DNA of 63,152 nt, filler included, from Octopus bimaculoides (taxonomy: Eukaryota), in assembly GCF_001194135.2 (NCBI RefSeq). It is 6 parts of 6 records of this genome, joined end to end, with 100 filler letters (N's around TTAATTAATTAA, not from the genome) between each part and the next. Parts side by side here need not be neighbours in the genome. Positions count along the whole stretch, not along the records: positions 1 to 7,282 come from NC_068983.1; positions 7,383 to 27,739 come from NC_068997.1; 4 more parts are not named here. One strand, given 5' to 3'. Positions 1 through 14,442 of this stretch are shown one piece after another. The translations under genes and the position numbers were made by a program. How positions within the stretch are numbered: position 1 is the stretch's first letter; each line of letters opens with the position of its first letter. The notes below the pieces were generated by a model that saw nothing but the letters and a program-made list of their open reading frames with translations, had not been told where the DNA came from and made no database searches.

Positions 1-1785
<1,785 letters not shown>

Positions 1786-2427
1786 GCTAGTATTCATACA
1801 TAACAGGCGTATTAATGCAAAGTAAAACTTATGAAGCATTGCAAAGTATTAACTCAATATAAAAAAATATATTAGCTCAATATAAATTTATTTGTGAGTA
1901 TAAAAGGCGCTTGAAAAAATATTTTTGAAGAATATAAAAAGTTTTTAAAGACTTCTGATTTTCTATTATATGAAAAGATATTAAATTTCAATAAAATTTT
2001 AGCTGATGCGAAGGAAGCGTTGTGAAAATTTATATTCCTATTAAAATAGAGGTAAATTATATTTCATTAAATAAAAATATAAACAAAATCACTCAAAAGT
2101 TTTCAAGTCTGAACGAGGAAATAGAAATATAATGAAAACTTTGATTTATTACCTTAAATCGGGAGAAAAATAGGACAAAATGTATGACAAACATTTGGAG
2201 AATGAAGGAAGCACAAACGGCCAAGAGGTGTAAATAAGTTAAACCGATTCTACGAAATTGAAATAATAAAGTTTATATGAGATTCCTTAAGCAATACATG
2301 GGAAAAGCAAAGGAATCAGTGACACTAGAAACCAATTATATTAGAAAATAAAGGGTATTGATTAAATATAATTTATTAGTACGGTTTATTCCGAATCGAA
2401 AAACCTAAGATAGTTCAAAGAAATATT

Positions 2428-2820
2428 CTTTTCTACTCTAGGCACAAGGCTCGAAATTTTTTTTTTGGGGGGGGGGTCAGTCGATTAGATCGACCCCAGT
2501 ACGAAACTGGTACTTAATTTATCGACCCCGAAAGGATGAAAGGCAAAGTCGACCTCGGCGGAATTTGAACTCAGAACACAAAGACAGACGAAATACCGCT
2601 AAGCATTTCGTCCGGTGTGCTAACGTTTCGTATTTCTTTATTGCCCACAAAGGGCTAAACAAAGAGGGGACAAACAAGGACAGACAAAGGAATTAAGTCG
2701 ATTACATCGACCCCAGTGCGTAACTGGTACTTAATTTATCAACCTTGAAAGAAGGATGAAAGGCAAAGTTGACCTGGGCGGAATTTGAACTCAGAACGTA
2801 ACAGCAGACGAAATACCGCC
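2428..2820 (-). mobile_element. Head-to-tail pair of Meta/MESC-type tRNA-derived SINEs (2428-2630, 2631-2820)
   Basis: Both carry GAGTTCAAATTCC (B box) plus GTCGAC/AACTTTGCCTTTCATCC..GGTCGATAAATTAAGTACCAG; the pair is flanked by the 17-bp direct repeat TAGTTCAAAGAAATATT. Confidence 0.8.
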
Positions 2821-3049
2821 TTAGTTCAAAGAAATATTACGAGCTGTATGGTTATATAATATTATCGGTTAAATTTAGAGTTAGTTTATAAAAGTAGACC
2901 TGGTTGTGTGTTTAAGAAGTTCGGTTTGCAGTGATGTAGCTTTGGGTTCAGTCCCACTGCACAACACCTTGAGCAAGAGTCTTCTTATAGGGAGAGAGAA
3001 TTTGATAAACATGAAATCCATGAAAACACAAGTGAAAAGCTGGTGGAAG

Positions 3050-3480
3050 TTGGGTACGCTTATGTATCATATTTACTGTACATACATCATTGAAAGGCAA
3101 TTTACTACAGTACATGTCCAGAGATAGCTTTTCTCGTGGATGCAATGTATTGAAAAACACAATATATATTACAGGGAGAAGAAAATCCTTACAGTAGCAG
3201 CTAGAGTGATTGCCAGGTAGGTTTCGATTACGTTGGGCTTTATCGATTGCATGTACTTACAACCAGAGACATATTTAGTCGAGATATGCAATTTCCAATA
3301 CGAAGGAAATAATGACAAAAGCATTCACTGGTATTGCGCACATCGCCCGTTTGAATAAAAAATCCATTATATGCAATATAAACAGTATTAAATTACAATG
3401 GCCATCGATATATTTTTCATACTATCCCCTCTGACGAGCACTGTCTTAGATTATCCTTTAACTCCTGTGCAAAACCGACA
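3050..3480 (+). mobile_element. Decayed Penelope-like 3' end
   Basis: LRWALSIACTYN...RLNKKS resembles the GIY-YIG C-terminal tail; it is followed by CTGACGA-GCAC..GTGC-AAAA. Confidence 0.5.
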
Positions 3481-3509
3481 AACAAAATGTTTAACGGTAT
3501 TTTGTCTGT

Positions 3510-3630
3510 ATTTATGTTCTGAGTTCAAACTCCGCCGAAGTCGACTTTGCCTTTCTTCATCCTTACGGAGTCGATAAAATAAGTCCCAGTTGAACACTAG
3601 GATATCGAAGTAAGCGACTTAGATTCCACC
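3510..3630 (+). mobile_element. Meta/MESC-type SINE fragment
   Basis: GAGTTCAAACTCCGCCGAAGTCGACTTTGCCTTTC..CATCCTTACGGAGTCGATAAAATAAGT. Other copies: 29935-30140(-), 37620-37820(-), 38850-39065(-), 50700-50825(-), 51511-51610(-). Confidence 0.75.
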
Positions 3631-4143
3631 CCAGAATTGAACAATCACCTAAAACGGTTAGCATAGGTGAGGCACATGGTGCCATGTCCTATTTGTTCTC
3701 GGATGGCGGTTTGCTTAAAAGGAAAAATATATTCAATATATCACAATATATTTATGATAACAACAATAATAACAACAACAACAACGTCTGTTCAAATAAT
3801 ATTTACTTCAGACAACAACTAATTTATTGGCAGATCCAAAAAGTAACTGAGTTCAAGAACTTTTAATAGCAAGGAATATTATTTATTTGCAAGATTGTTA
3901 AAAATTCGAGTCTGTTTTACCAAAAGACGTTTGCAGACAACATGATGCGAGGAATTTTTTTAAAAAGACAAGACAAATAATATCAGAAGAGTTAACTGTT
4001 ATTTTTGGGTGACAAATAAGTATAAATTCCATTCTTTAGATTAACTGAAATCAAAATCTGATTTGTTACAAACGAAAATTAATAACCATTTTAGAATAGC
4101 AACAATTTTGGAACTGCTTCCGACGTTCTTTATATCGAAGATA

Positions 4144-4513
4144 ATGAAGGCGCTTGGCTTAATGAAGGCGCGTGGCTTAGTGAAGTGAAGGCACGTGGCT
4201 TAGTGGTTAGGGGCATTTGGCTCATGATCGTAAGGTCGTGAGTTCGATTCCTGGAGGCGAGTAGTGTCCTTGAGCAAGACATTTTATTTCACGTTGCTCC
4301 AGTCCACTCAGCTGGCAAAAATGAGTAGTACCTGTATTTCAAAGGGCTGACCTTGTCACATTCTATGTCACGCCGAATCTCTCTGAGAACTACGTTATGG
4401 GTACACGTGTCTGTGGAGTGCTCAGCCACTTGCATGTTAATTTCAAGAGCAAGCTGTTCTGTTGATCGTATCAGCTGACACCCCCGTCGTCGTAACCGAT
4501 GGAGTGCTCCTTC
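4144..4513 (+). mobile_element. tRNA-derived SINE with a 14-bp target-site duplication
   Basis: A box TGGCTTAGTGG, B box GTTCGATTCC, TSD TTATATCGAAGATA (4130-4143 and 4514-4527). Related copies at 21355-21600(+) and 43184-43500(+). Confidence 0.85.
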
Positions 4514-4615
4514 TTATATCGAAGATATATCAGTATATGTTGTGTGTTGTGCGCATGTGTGCCTTTGCGTGCGTATGTATATGTGCGCACATGTATGTGT
4601 TTGGGTGTGTACGGT

Positions 4616-4649
<34 letters not shown>

Positions 4650-4655
4650 GATATA

Positions 4656-5616
4656 CGAGCTGGTACCTAAGTTTAATATCATCTCCCTCGGAGTAGTCAC
4701 CTTACGCAGCACTACACCAGTTCCAGCGTTTATTCTGCCACTCTTGAAATCTGATCTGAATGTCGTTTTCCGTAAGCGATTCAAGGACCTTCAGCGATTT
4801 GCTCTTGATCTCGACATCGGTGTTAAAATGGCAACCTTTGAGCTGCATTTTCATCTTGTGGAAGATATGGAAGCCCACAAGTGCTAAATCTGGCAAATAG
4901 GGCGGGTGCGTGAGCGATACCATGTTGTTTTTGGAGAGAAACTCACGAATGAGGAGAGGTTAGTGACAAGGTACATTATTGTTGTGAAGAATCTAATTCT
5001 TCGCTCTCCGTGGATCTTGTTGCTTTCGCGGGATGTCCTCCCTCAAACGCTTCAAAACGTCATTGATTGTCCTCAGACGATCCTCATTCACAAGCTGATG
5101 AATTTTTCCAGCATTTCCGAGGGTGACGCTTTGGAAGGTCTTCCAGATCGCTCATCGTCTTCCAGGAACGTTCTTCCGCTTTTGCCCGTGCCACTCGAAA
5201 CATTGCGTACGAGTTATTGCCTCTGTAGCAGACTTCCGAAGTTTCATGCAAAATTTCACGTTGGCTCTTTGTTCCATCTTCCTGTCCATGACAAAAATTG
5301 TAGACTACAGCATACAAGGGGTCACAAAAACACAAATTTCACAACTTGTGAAGTAAACCCAGCAATGTCACTCAGTACACTGCCTCATGAAGGTCACTGC
5401 TAGCTCTCACTGCGCACGCAACCATATGCTGCCATCCGTTGGTGCACTACAGAAATAGTCTGGGATCTTTTGCTATTGAGAGAAACAGTGACTATGTTGA
5501 GAAGTAGGGATGTGATCCACAGAGGACCAGCTTCATTTTGATGTATGGCACATGTTCCTGTGTTGATAATTATACCTGTCCTAAACAAAATGGCATTACT
5601 TTTTGACTCACCCGCG
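4656..5616 (-). mobile_element. Defective mariner (Tc1/mariner) element
   Basis: C-terminus HPPYLPDLA..FHIFHKMKMQLKGCHF...QEWQNKRWNWC; N-terminus MEQRANVKFCMKL. TA-flanked, with TIR CGCGGGTGAGTCAAAAAGTAATGCC at 5592-5616; the other TIR is decayed and the element is internally deleted. Confidence 0.9.
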
Positions 5617-5734
5617 TATAATATAATATATATAATATAATATGACATAAAGAGAGGAGGTATAAGATGAAAAATTTTATTTCACCAATTGACATCCGTC
5701 CAAACGATCGTTTCGCAGTCTATCATATAAAAAT

Positions 5735-6009
5735 GATTTATTTTATTGTATAATAGATACATAAATAAATAAATGAATAAATAATAAAGTATTTTCCTCG
5801 CCTGTATTAATATATATAACGCAAATTATATAATCATAAAAATAATTTATTTTACTGTACAATAAATAAGTAATAAATTATTTTACTTGCCTGTGTTAAT
5901 GTATATAATATGAATTATATAATTCAGTTGTATAATTTATAAATCAATACAGGTATAAAGACTTGCTCATCAAGTCAATTAATATCGTATTTTACTCTTC
6001 TTTCATGTG

Positions 6010-6061
<52 letters not shown>

Positions 6062-6250
6062 GAGGCGATGAAAGAATGGTAAGGTAAGTGGATATTCATT
6101 GACCTGAAGAGCAAGTCTTTATATCTATATTAATTTATAAATTATACAACTGAATTATATAATTCATATTATATACATAAATAGAGGCAAGTGAAATAAT
6201 TTATTACCTATTTGTGTAATTATTTATTTATTATACAATAAGATAAATTG
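5735..6250. repeat. AT-rich long inverted repeat (foldback-like)
   Basis: 5860-5987 closely matches the reverse complement of 6093-6225; the spacer contains (GT)n, and the left arm has an internal tandem duplication. Confidence 0.75.
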
Positions 6251-7282
6251 TTTTTTTATGATAAAGACTGCAAATCGGTTGTATGGATGTCAATTGGTGA
6301 AATAAATTTTTTCACCTTATACCTCTTCTCATTAAATTTTTTATACACTCCTAATGATGTAATCATTACTAATTGGATTTACTGGATTTCAGCAGCATCG
6401 GACTCTACATCACATCCCTTTCTTTTGTTTTGGTTTGCTGTGTGGTCTGTAACCTGATCCGTTACTTTAAGGAGCTTTTTTATGAGTAATACCGGATTAG
6501 TTAAATTCATATATTGTCCTTTAAATATCTCTCTCACTCTTTCTCTCTCCCACTCTCGCTCCCTTTATCTATCTATCTCTCTCTCTCTCTCTCTCTCTTT
6601 CTCTCCCGCTCTCTTTCTCTTTCTCTCCCGCTCTCTCTCACTCTCTTTCTATCTCTCTCTCTCTCTNNNNNNNNNNNNNNNNNNNNNNNNNNNNNNNNNN
6701 NNNNNNNNNNNNNNNNNNNNNNNNNNNNNNNNNNNNNNNNNNNNNNNNNNNNNNNNNNNNNNNNNATATATATTGCATTGAAACTGCAGATGATGGTTTG
6801 TCTCGTGGCTCGAATTTCATGCTTCTGCGATCTCCAAGCGAGAATGCAAAGATAGCAATACGTGAAACTCGAATCTTGAGACACACTCTCAGTTTCAGTT
6901 TCAGTATAAAAAACTCTCTACAACATGTATTGAGCACTCCTTTCCCATTCATTTGACATAGAGCAACATATGCACACACATACATGCACGTACACATATA
7001 TATATATATATAATACAAGGAATATATATACATGTATACACACATATATGTACATACTTACATCTACATGTGTATATATATGCATATCAGGGTACAGGAC
7101 GTTAGAACAATAAACTACAGACAACGGAACGAACACATAGGAAAACGGAAAGCCACTTGGAATATCCCTTCATCAGCTGTCTCTATTCTATCTAGACGTT
7201 TCGAAGATACATAGGTATATATACAAATACATATATATATATGTATGTATACATATGTATATATATGTATACCTCCAAACCT

Positions 7283-7382
7283 NNNNNNNNNNNNNNNNNN
7301 NNNNNNNNNNNNNNNNNNNNNNNNNNTTAATTAATTAANNNNNNNNNNNNNNNNNNNNNNNNNNNNNNNNNNNNNNNNNNNN
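7283..7382. other. Artificial 100-nt assembly spacer N44-TTAATTAATTAA-N44
   Basis: Same structure at 27740-27839, 39271-39370, 55395-55494 and 60001-60100; the 12-mer has stop codons in all six frames. Confidence 0.92.
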
Positions 7383-7739
7383 TGGATAATATCCATAGAT
7401 TCAGTCACGCTTGGGATTTCAACCGTAAAGCGTAATAACGGCTGCTTCTGATTGGATCCTATGGAGGAGGTGCCTCATGACGACCCCAGGGATAATGGTT
7501 AGCAAGGATGATTAGATGGATGAATAATTTTATGCAAGTCTTGTGTATTTTATCAGAAATAATGATTTATGCGCAGATTCAAAGAGGAGTGATACAGAAA
7601 CAATTGTAACAAATGTTAAACCTAAGTTATACCGATACATTCATATTCATCCATTTTACTTTTATCTTTTATCTTTTACGGGTTTCAGCCAGACACGGCG
7701 GCCATGCTGGAGCACCGCCTCTCAGCGGGTTTAGGGTTG

Positions 7740-8330
7740 TTTTCTGTGCTGTTTCCGGTGAAGTAGTGAGTTGGACAGAGCTGCTCCTTTTTATACCTCT
7801 TATTGCGATGTGGGCTCATCTGAGATCTCAGATAGAAATTTTGTCCAGACGCTCTTTGAAGATCTCCACATGCACCCCTCGCAAATCTCTGAGGTTGTTT
7901 GGTAAGATGTTCAATAGTTGTGGACCCTTGAAACCCAAGCTGTTACAATACTGGATCTTTACTCTAGATGGAGGAGATAGAATCTTTGGTATTATGCAGT
8001 GCCGTCCAGTTCAGTGGTTGGTATAGCTTTCAATTCGCAAATTAGGAACTGGACCTCCAAAAATCTTCCATATCTTTTACGCAGTCTCCCTAGGGAATCG
8101 ATCTTCAGCTCTTCCAGCCTTTCCCAGTAGCTTATCTGTTTCACCAAGTCAATCTTCTTTGTGTAATAGTGCTGGACTGTCTCAAGTTACGCCACTAGTT
8201 TGACACTCTGCGGTGACCACAGTCGGGATCAGCAATCTGGACGACTGAGAACGAAAGTTCCCCATAGAAATAGCATGGTAGCCTTTTTCCTTGTTCTGAA
8301 TGAATTACTCTGTAAAAATACATACCAAAT
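7740..8330 (-). mobile_element. CR1/L2-group LINE 3' fragment
   Basis: LWSPQSVKL..LETVQHYYTKKI...SYWERLEELKI.SL.RLRKRY, and GPQLLNILPNNLRDL..V.IFKERLD. Confidence 0.8.
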
Positions 8331-8568
8331 CAGCTTATCAGTAAAAGGTACAGGGATTTCAGGCCCCAGTAGATTCTATTTTATGGAATCACAACATAAA
8401 ATGCCAGATCTTAAAATCTCGATATTAAGGAATTCCTATCAAACGCTGCATAAGAAATATGCAAAGAGTTTACCAAATTAAAATGCATTTGCTTATGTGT
8501 GTGTGCGTGCGTACGTGCGTGTATATATATATATATGCATATATATAAATATATATATATATATATGC

Positions 8569-8602
<34 letters not shown>

Positions 8603-9072
8603 GCATATATATAAATATGTATACACACATATATGTATGTGTATGTGTATATATATATATATATATAAACATACATACACCACAAACAACATCAACAATT
8701 ACTACTACTACTGCTACTGCTGCTGCTGCTATTACCTATAACTAAGTTTATAGCTACAGTCACACGCCATGGTGATTTATGTTCATGACTTTTGATTAAA
8801 TCGAACGCGTGACTCCAATTTCCTAACTTATAGATCGGGATACAGTGACAAAGATAGTGTTATCTCAGCACACACACACCCTACACCGCGCCATCTTCTT
8901 AAACCTATACTCCTTGGTACACTTCATTCACATTCACTCCACCATACCCACGTTTTTATATTTAATAGCATAAATGATGATGATGATGGTGGTGATGATA
9001 ATGATGATGATAATAATAATATAACATCGCAAATTGATGTAGTTCAAAGTGTAAAGAGGTGACTGATATGAG

Positions 9073-9122
<50 letters not shown>

Positions 9123-9509
9123 GTGCATGCGCGTGTGTGTGTGTGCGAGAGAGAAAGAAAGAAAGAAAGAAAGAAAAAAGAGTATGTGTATGCTTGCATG
9201 TGTGTGTGTGTGATGGCGCTACATGTACATATACATTATGTATGTGTGTATATATATATATATATAATATATACTTTTGTTATTTACACCACCTGTCCTC
9301 GTCTGTTGTTATTTTTTGTATATTCTCCCATATATATATATATACTCATACATAATGTGTGCGTACGTGTGTGACGCGATGTACATGTAAGTGTGTGGTG
9401 GTGTGTGTATACGACGAGGTAGAAGAAGGAATCACCGATTCTCATTCCATTTACATTAATAGATTTATGGTAATTCACGATTATATACATCCGTGAACAC
9501 ACACACACA

Positions 9510-9563
<54 letters not shown>

Positions 9564-9615
9564 CATATATACATATTTATTCACGCAGGTATACATACAC
9601 ACAGAGCCACTGCAT

Positions 9616-9662
<47 letters not shown>

Positions 9663-10322
9663 TATACACACATACTCGAATAAATATATATGTATATATA
9701 CACGTATAATATATATGAACTATGGAATATATCGGTATACATTATATTTGTGAAACATAAATGCATATATTGTATAATAAATATTTATGCTTATATGTGT
9801 GTGTGTGTGTGTGTGTATACACATACATGTATATATGTATATGTATGCATATATATATATATATGTGTATGTGTGTGTGTGTGTGTGTGTGTGTATTTAT
9901 ACATATATATAATAATATATAATATATATAATAATTATTATTATATATATGTATATATAAGCAACGCTGGTTATAATGATGATGATGATGGTGGTGGTGG
10001 TGGTGGTGGTGATGATGATCGCCTGATATTAAGCAAAGAAAACACAAGCATCCCAAGCGAGATGGAACGGAGAAGTGTGTCTTTCAATTTTATCTAACAT
10101 CATTAAATGATGGAGTAAATTGTATCGAAAGATATGAGTCTTGATAGCAGCCATGGAATAGGATATCTGTTATAATAGAATCAAACTACACACACACACA
10201 CACAGAGAGGCACATACACGCACACACGTATGTATGTAGGAATATAACACTAAAGTGATGTAATACAATAGAAATCGACCATTTATAAAATCAAAACGTG
10301 TCACATAAGAAAATTAAATGAG

Positions 10323-10364
10323 ATGACGATAAATAATAATAATAATAATAGTAATAATAATAAC

Positions 10365-10395
<31 letters not shown>

Positions 10396-11100
10396 GTAAT
10401 GATAATAATAATAATAGTGGTAATAATAATGATAATAATAACAGTGGTAATGGTATTAACAATAATAGTGTAGTAATGATAGTGGTTAATGTTCATGATG
10501 ATAATAATAATAATAATAATAATAATAATCAATGAAAAATACAAATAGGAATGGAAACAGTAGTAGTAGTAGTAGTGGTGGTAGTAGTAGTAAAGTGGTG
10601 GTGGTGGCGGCGGTTACTTTTGTCATGACGACAACGATGACGACAACGATGACAACGATGGAGGAAGAAGGAGGAGGAGGAGGAGGTACAAATCTTATTT
10701 CGTTAATTTCGGAACATTTATAAAAGAGGAACCAAAGATGATCCATGATAAATATTCTTTAGAAGAGGAAATTCAATTTTCCGATTTTTTTTCTTCTTCA
10801 CTTTGTTTGCCTCTCTTAGTTGAGCATTGCCATCATCATCATCATCATCATCATCACTATTATTATCATCATCATCATCATCATCACCACCGCCATTATT
10901 CCCATCATCATCATCATCACTTTCACAACTACTATCACCACCATCATCATCATCATCACTATTATCATCATTATCACCACCACCATCGCCATTATTCCCA
11001 TCATCATCACCATCATCACTATTATCAACACCATCATCATCATCATCGCCATCATCACCATCATCATCATCATCACTATTATTATCATCCTCATCATTAT
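10323..11100. repeat. Compound trinucleotide microsatellites (AAT, AGT, GGA, CAT)n
   Basis: Read directly. Similar tracts at 16360-16520, 16915-17310, 24730-24960, 42160-42300 and 52078-52212; di- and tetranucleotide tracts occur throughout. Confidence 0.95.
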
Positions 11101-11381
11101 TATACTGTGTCTATTTCCCTTCCTCTTCATTGTATCACCGTGAATATTTACCCCATTTTTTTTGTTTTTGTTATATAGTTATTTATTTTTTATCATTTCA
11201 TTATATGTAGACCCCCCACCCCCACCCCCAACATGTTGTGTCTGTTTTTGTACTGTCACCCTCATCCTTTGCCCTGGTGGCCAATAAATGAAATCACCAT
11301 CATCATCATCATCATCATCATCATCGGTGTTGTTGTTCTTCTTCTGATCCTTGCATTACAGTAAATGATATAGATAAATCA

Positions 11382-11414
<33 letters not shown>

Positions 11415-12195
11415 NNNNNNNNNNNNNNNNNNNNNNNNNNNNNNNNNNNNNNNNNNNNNNNNNNNNNNNNNNNNNNNNNNNNNNNNNNNNNNNNNNNNNN
11501 NNNNNNNNNNNNNNNNNNNNNNNNNNNNNNNNNNNNNNNNNNNNNNNNNNNNNNNNNNNNNNNNNNNNNNNNNNNNNNNNNNNNNNNNNNNNNNNNNNNN
11601 NNNNNNNNNNNNNNNNNNNNNNNNNNNNNNNNNNNNNNNNNNNNNNNNNNNNNNNNNNNNNNNNNNNNNNNNNNNNNNNNNNNNNNNNNNNNNNNNNNNN
11701 NNNNNNNNNNNNNNNNNNNNNNNNNNNNNNNNNNNNNNNNNNNNNNNNNNNNNNNNNNNNNNNNNNNNNNNNNNNNNNNNNNNNNNNNNNNNNNNNNNNN
11801 NNNNNNNNNNNNNNNNNNNNNNNNNNNNNNNNNNNNNNNNNNNNNNNNNNNNNNNNNNNNNNNNNNNNNNNNNNNNNNNNNNNNNNNNNNNNNNNNNNNN
11901 NNNNNNNNNNNNNNNNNNNNNNNNNNNNNNNNNNNNNNNNNNNNNNNNNNNNNNNNNNNNNNNNNNNNNNNNNNNNNNNNNNNNNNNNNNNNNNNNNNNN
12001 NNNNNNNNNNNNNNNNNNNNNNNNNNNNNNNNNNNNNNNNNNNNNNNNNNNNNNNNNNNNNNNNNNNNNNNNNNNNNNNNNNNNNNNNNNNNNNNNNNNN
12101 NNNNNNNNNNNNNNNNNNNNNNNNNNNNNNNNNNNNNNNNNNNNNNNNNNNNNNNNNNNNNNNNNNNNNNNACACACAAACACACATATATACGC

Positions 12196-12235
<40 letters not shown>

Positions 12236-12699
12236 TTACACACCCGTATATACCTGTATACACGTGTGTGTGTGTGCTATGTGTCTATGTTCAAAAGATT
12301 AATTAACAACAATTTAGTTGGCTTTTAATTAATTTTCTCGTAACTAAGCGAGCAGTTCCGAAAATTAAGTATTATTACGTTATTTAATAAGGGAAATCTA
12401 TTGTTTAATTAGGAAAAATATATTGTTTAATTAGTATAATATATTGTTAATAATATTTTAACAATATTGTTTCTATGGTAACACTTTACAATAGAAACAA
12501 TATACTTTTGTCTTTACCTTCCTCTTCTCCCATTCTTTTGTCATCATCGTCATCATCATAATCGTCATCACCACCTCAACCACCATCACTATCAACATTA
12601 TCATCATCATCCTCATAATCACCACTACCACATCACGTCAGTCATCATCACCATCACCATCACCACAATAACAACCATCATATCCTGTTTTCCAAAAAC

Positions 12700-13370
12700 T
12701 GTTCATAATCTGACATTGCCATTGAAACATTGATTCCGAGGGATATAATAAATGGTCATCAAATACATAAAAGACTTATTATAGCACACACGTATATATA
12801 GCACGCAAAAAGTCGAGAACGATGCATATAGAAAGCGTGGAAAACGAAAAAAAAAATCATCAGAAACAAGTAAAAAAGGTAAGAGCTATCTAGCTAAGAC
12901 CTTAAATTATAAGGCTGGGGAAAATATTGACAAGTTAATAAGGTATAGGCGTAATTTTTCAGTTCTTTAAAATGAACTTAAACATATATTTACAACTGCT
13001 GAAAATTTCAGATCTACGGTTCACTAGTGAGTTCGGGATCTTAGACTTGAAAAAGGACCTGCGCTCTTTCAGCTAAGCATAGCTTACATTATTTGATCCA
13101 CTAACATAAGGTGTGGATTTTTCAATTATTTTCCACTTAATCACATGTGGTACTGCATTAGATTCCAAACTCCATACGTGGATAGCCAATTTAGTAGATT
13201 TGCTTTTGTCCTTATTTCTGATGCCTTTTTTCTTTTTTCATTTTATTAACCTTCCATACTTTCTATATGCTGTCTTCTCGGTTTTTCGCGTTTCTTCTCT
13301 CATTCAATTTTTAGTTCGTTAAGTTAAGTGATTTGTGCCTGATGACCGTGTTGGAATGTTACACATGTTA
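12700..13370 (-). mobile_element. Penelope-like GIY-YIG C-terminal fragment
   Basis: KSTKLAIHVWSLE....HVIKWKIIEKSTPY...LKER......NSLVNRRSEIFSSCKY. Confidence 0.8.
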
Positions 13371-13727
13371 TAATTTATTATTTGGCATGCTTTCAGCATA
13401 AAAAAAACTATTAGTAGCACATAAAAAACACATACTGTGTGTATTAAATAATATTTATCTCTCCAGATGGAGTACATTTTTTGTTGATCTTACCATCACG
13501 GAACAGTACATTATATATATANNNNNNNNNNNNNNNNNNNNNNNNNNNNNNNNNNNNNNNNNNNNNNNNNNNNNNNNNNNNNNNNNNNNNNNNNNNNNNN
13601 NNNNNNNNNNNNNNNNNNNNNNNNNNNNNNNNNNNNNNNNNNNNNNNNNNNNNNNNNNNNNNNNNNNNNNNNNNNNNNNNNNNNNNNNNNNNNNNNNNNN
13701 NNNNNNNNNNNNNNNNNNNNNNNNNNN

Positions 13728-13783
<56 letters not shown>

Positions 13784-14442
13784 GCACATACATACATATA
13801 TGCATATGTATACACACACACACATATATATATACATATATATATATGAACGAGTGTTTGTGTAGGTATGTATTTCTAGCATGTGTTTCTGTATACACAC
13901 ACACATACGCACACACACACACACAAACACACGCGCGCACACATCATATATTTCATTTTTATCTACTTTTTTTTCTTTTGTCCATTATATAATTTCACGA
14001 AACTTGACTCTTTAACAGCTAACTCCTGTACATTTAGGCCGGGTGTACGGGTATCTATGTATGGCGGGGGGAAGGAGTCGGGTGTTTGAGTGACATGTTA
14101 ACTAATGCAGGTATTCAGGGTGAGTACCCGGAATAGCTTCGCTCATAGGGATTGTGGTCTTCGCAGAAAAAAAACCTATTGTGTCTCTGTCACGATGTGT
14201 TGTTTTTGTTATTTAATAACAGACCAGGCTGGAGTGGTCATGTGAAGGGGGAGGGAGAAGAAAAGTGACAGGAGTGTTTTTAATGGTGGTCGGGGGTGGG
14301 GGTTATTGTCTCACTGAATTGACAGCTTCACGTCTCAAAACCGAATATGTCTTCTGGATACTGATACCTCCGACCTCCACATTCACTCACACCATTTTCC
14401 CCCTCCCCTCTCTCCTCCACTTTCTCTCTTTTAATATACATA

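Noticed and set aside
4190-4260. tRNA-like A/B-box sequences (also 14443, 43184, 53056, 59500)
   Set aside because: These are SINE heads continuous with SINE bodies; there is no complete cloverleaf or acceptor stem, so no tRNA gene is called
10314-11210. Poly-His, poly-Ile, poly-Ser and poly-Asn ORFs (also 16637-17359 and 41993-42463)
   Set aside because: Translations of trinucleotide microsatellites that stay open in several frames on both strands
13339-13370. CTGATGA motif (also 41878 and 32414 on the minus strand)
   Set aside because: No properly placed GAAA and stem III/UH, so not a hammerhead
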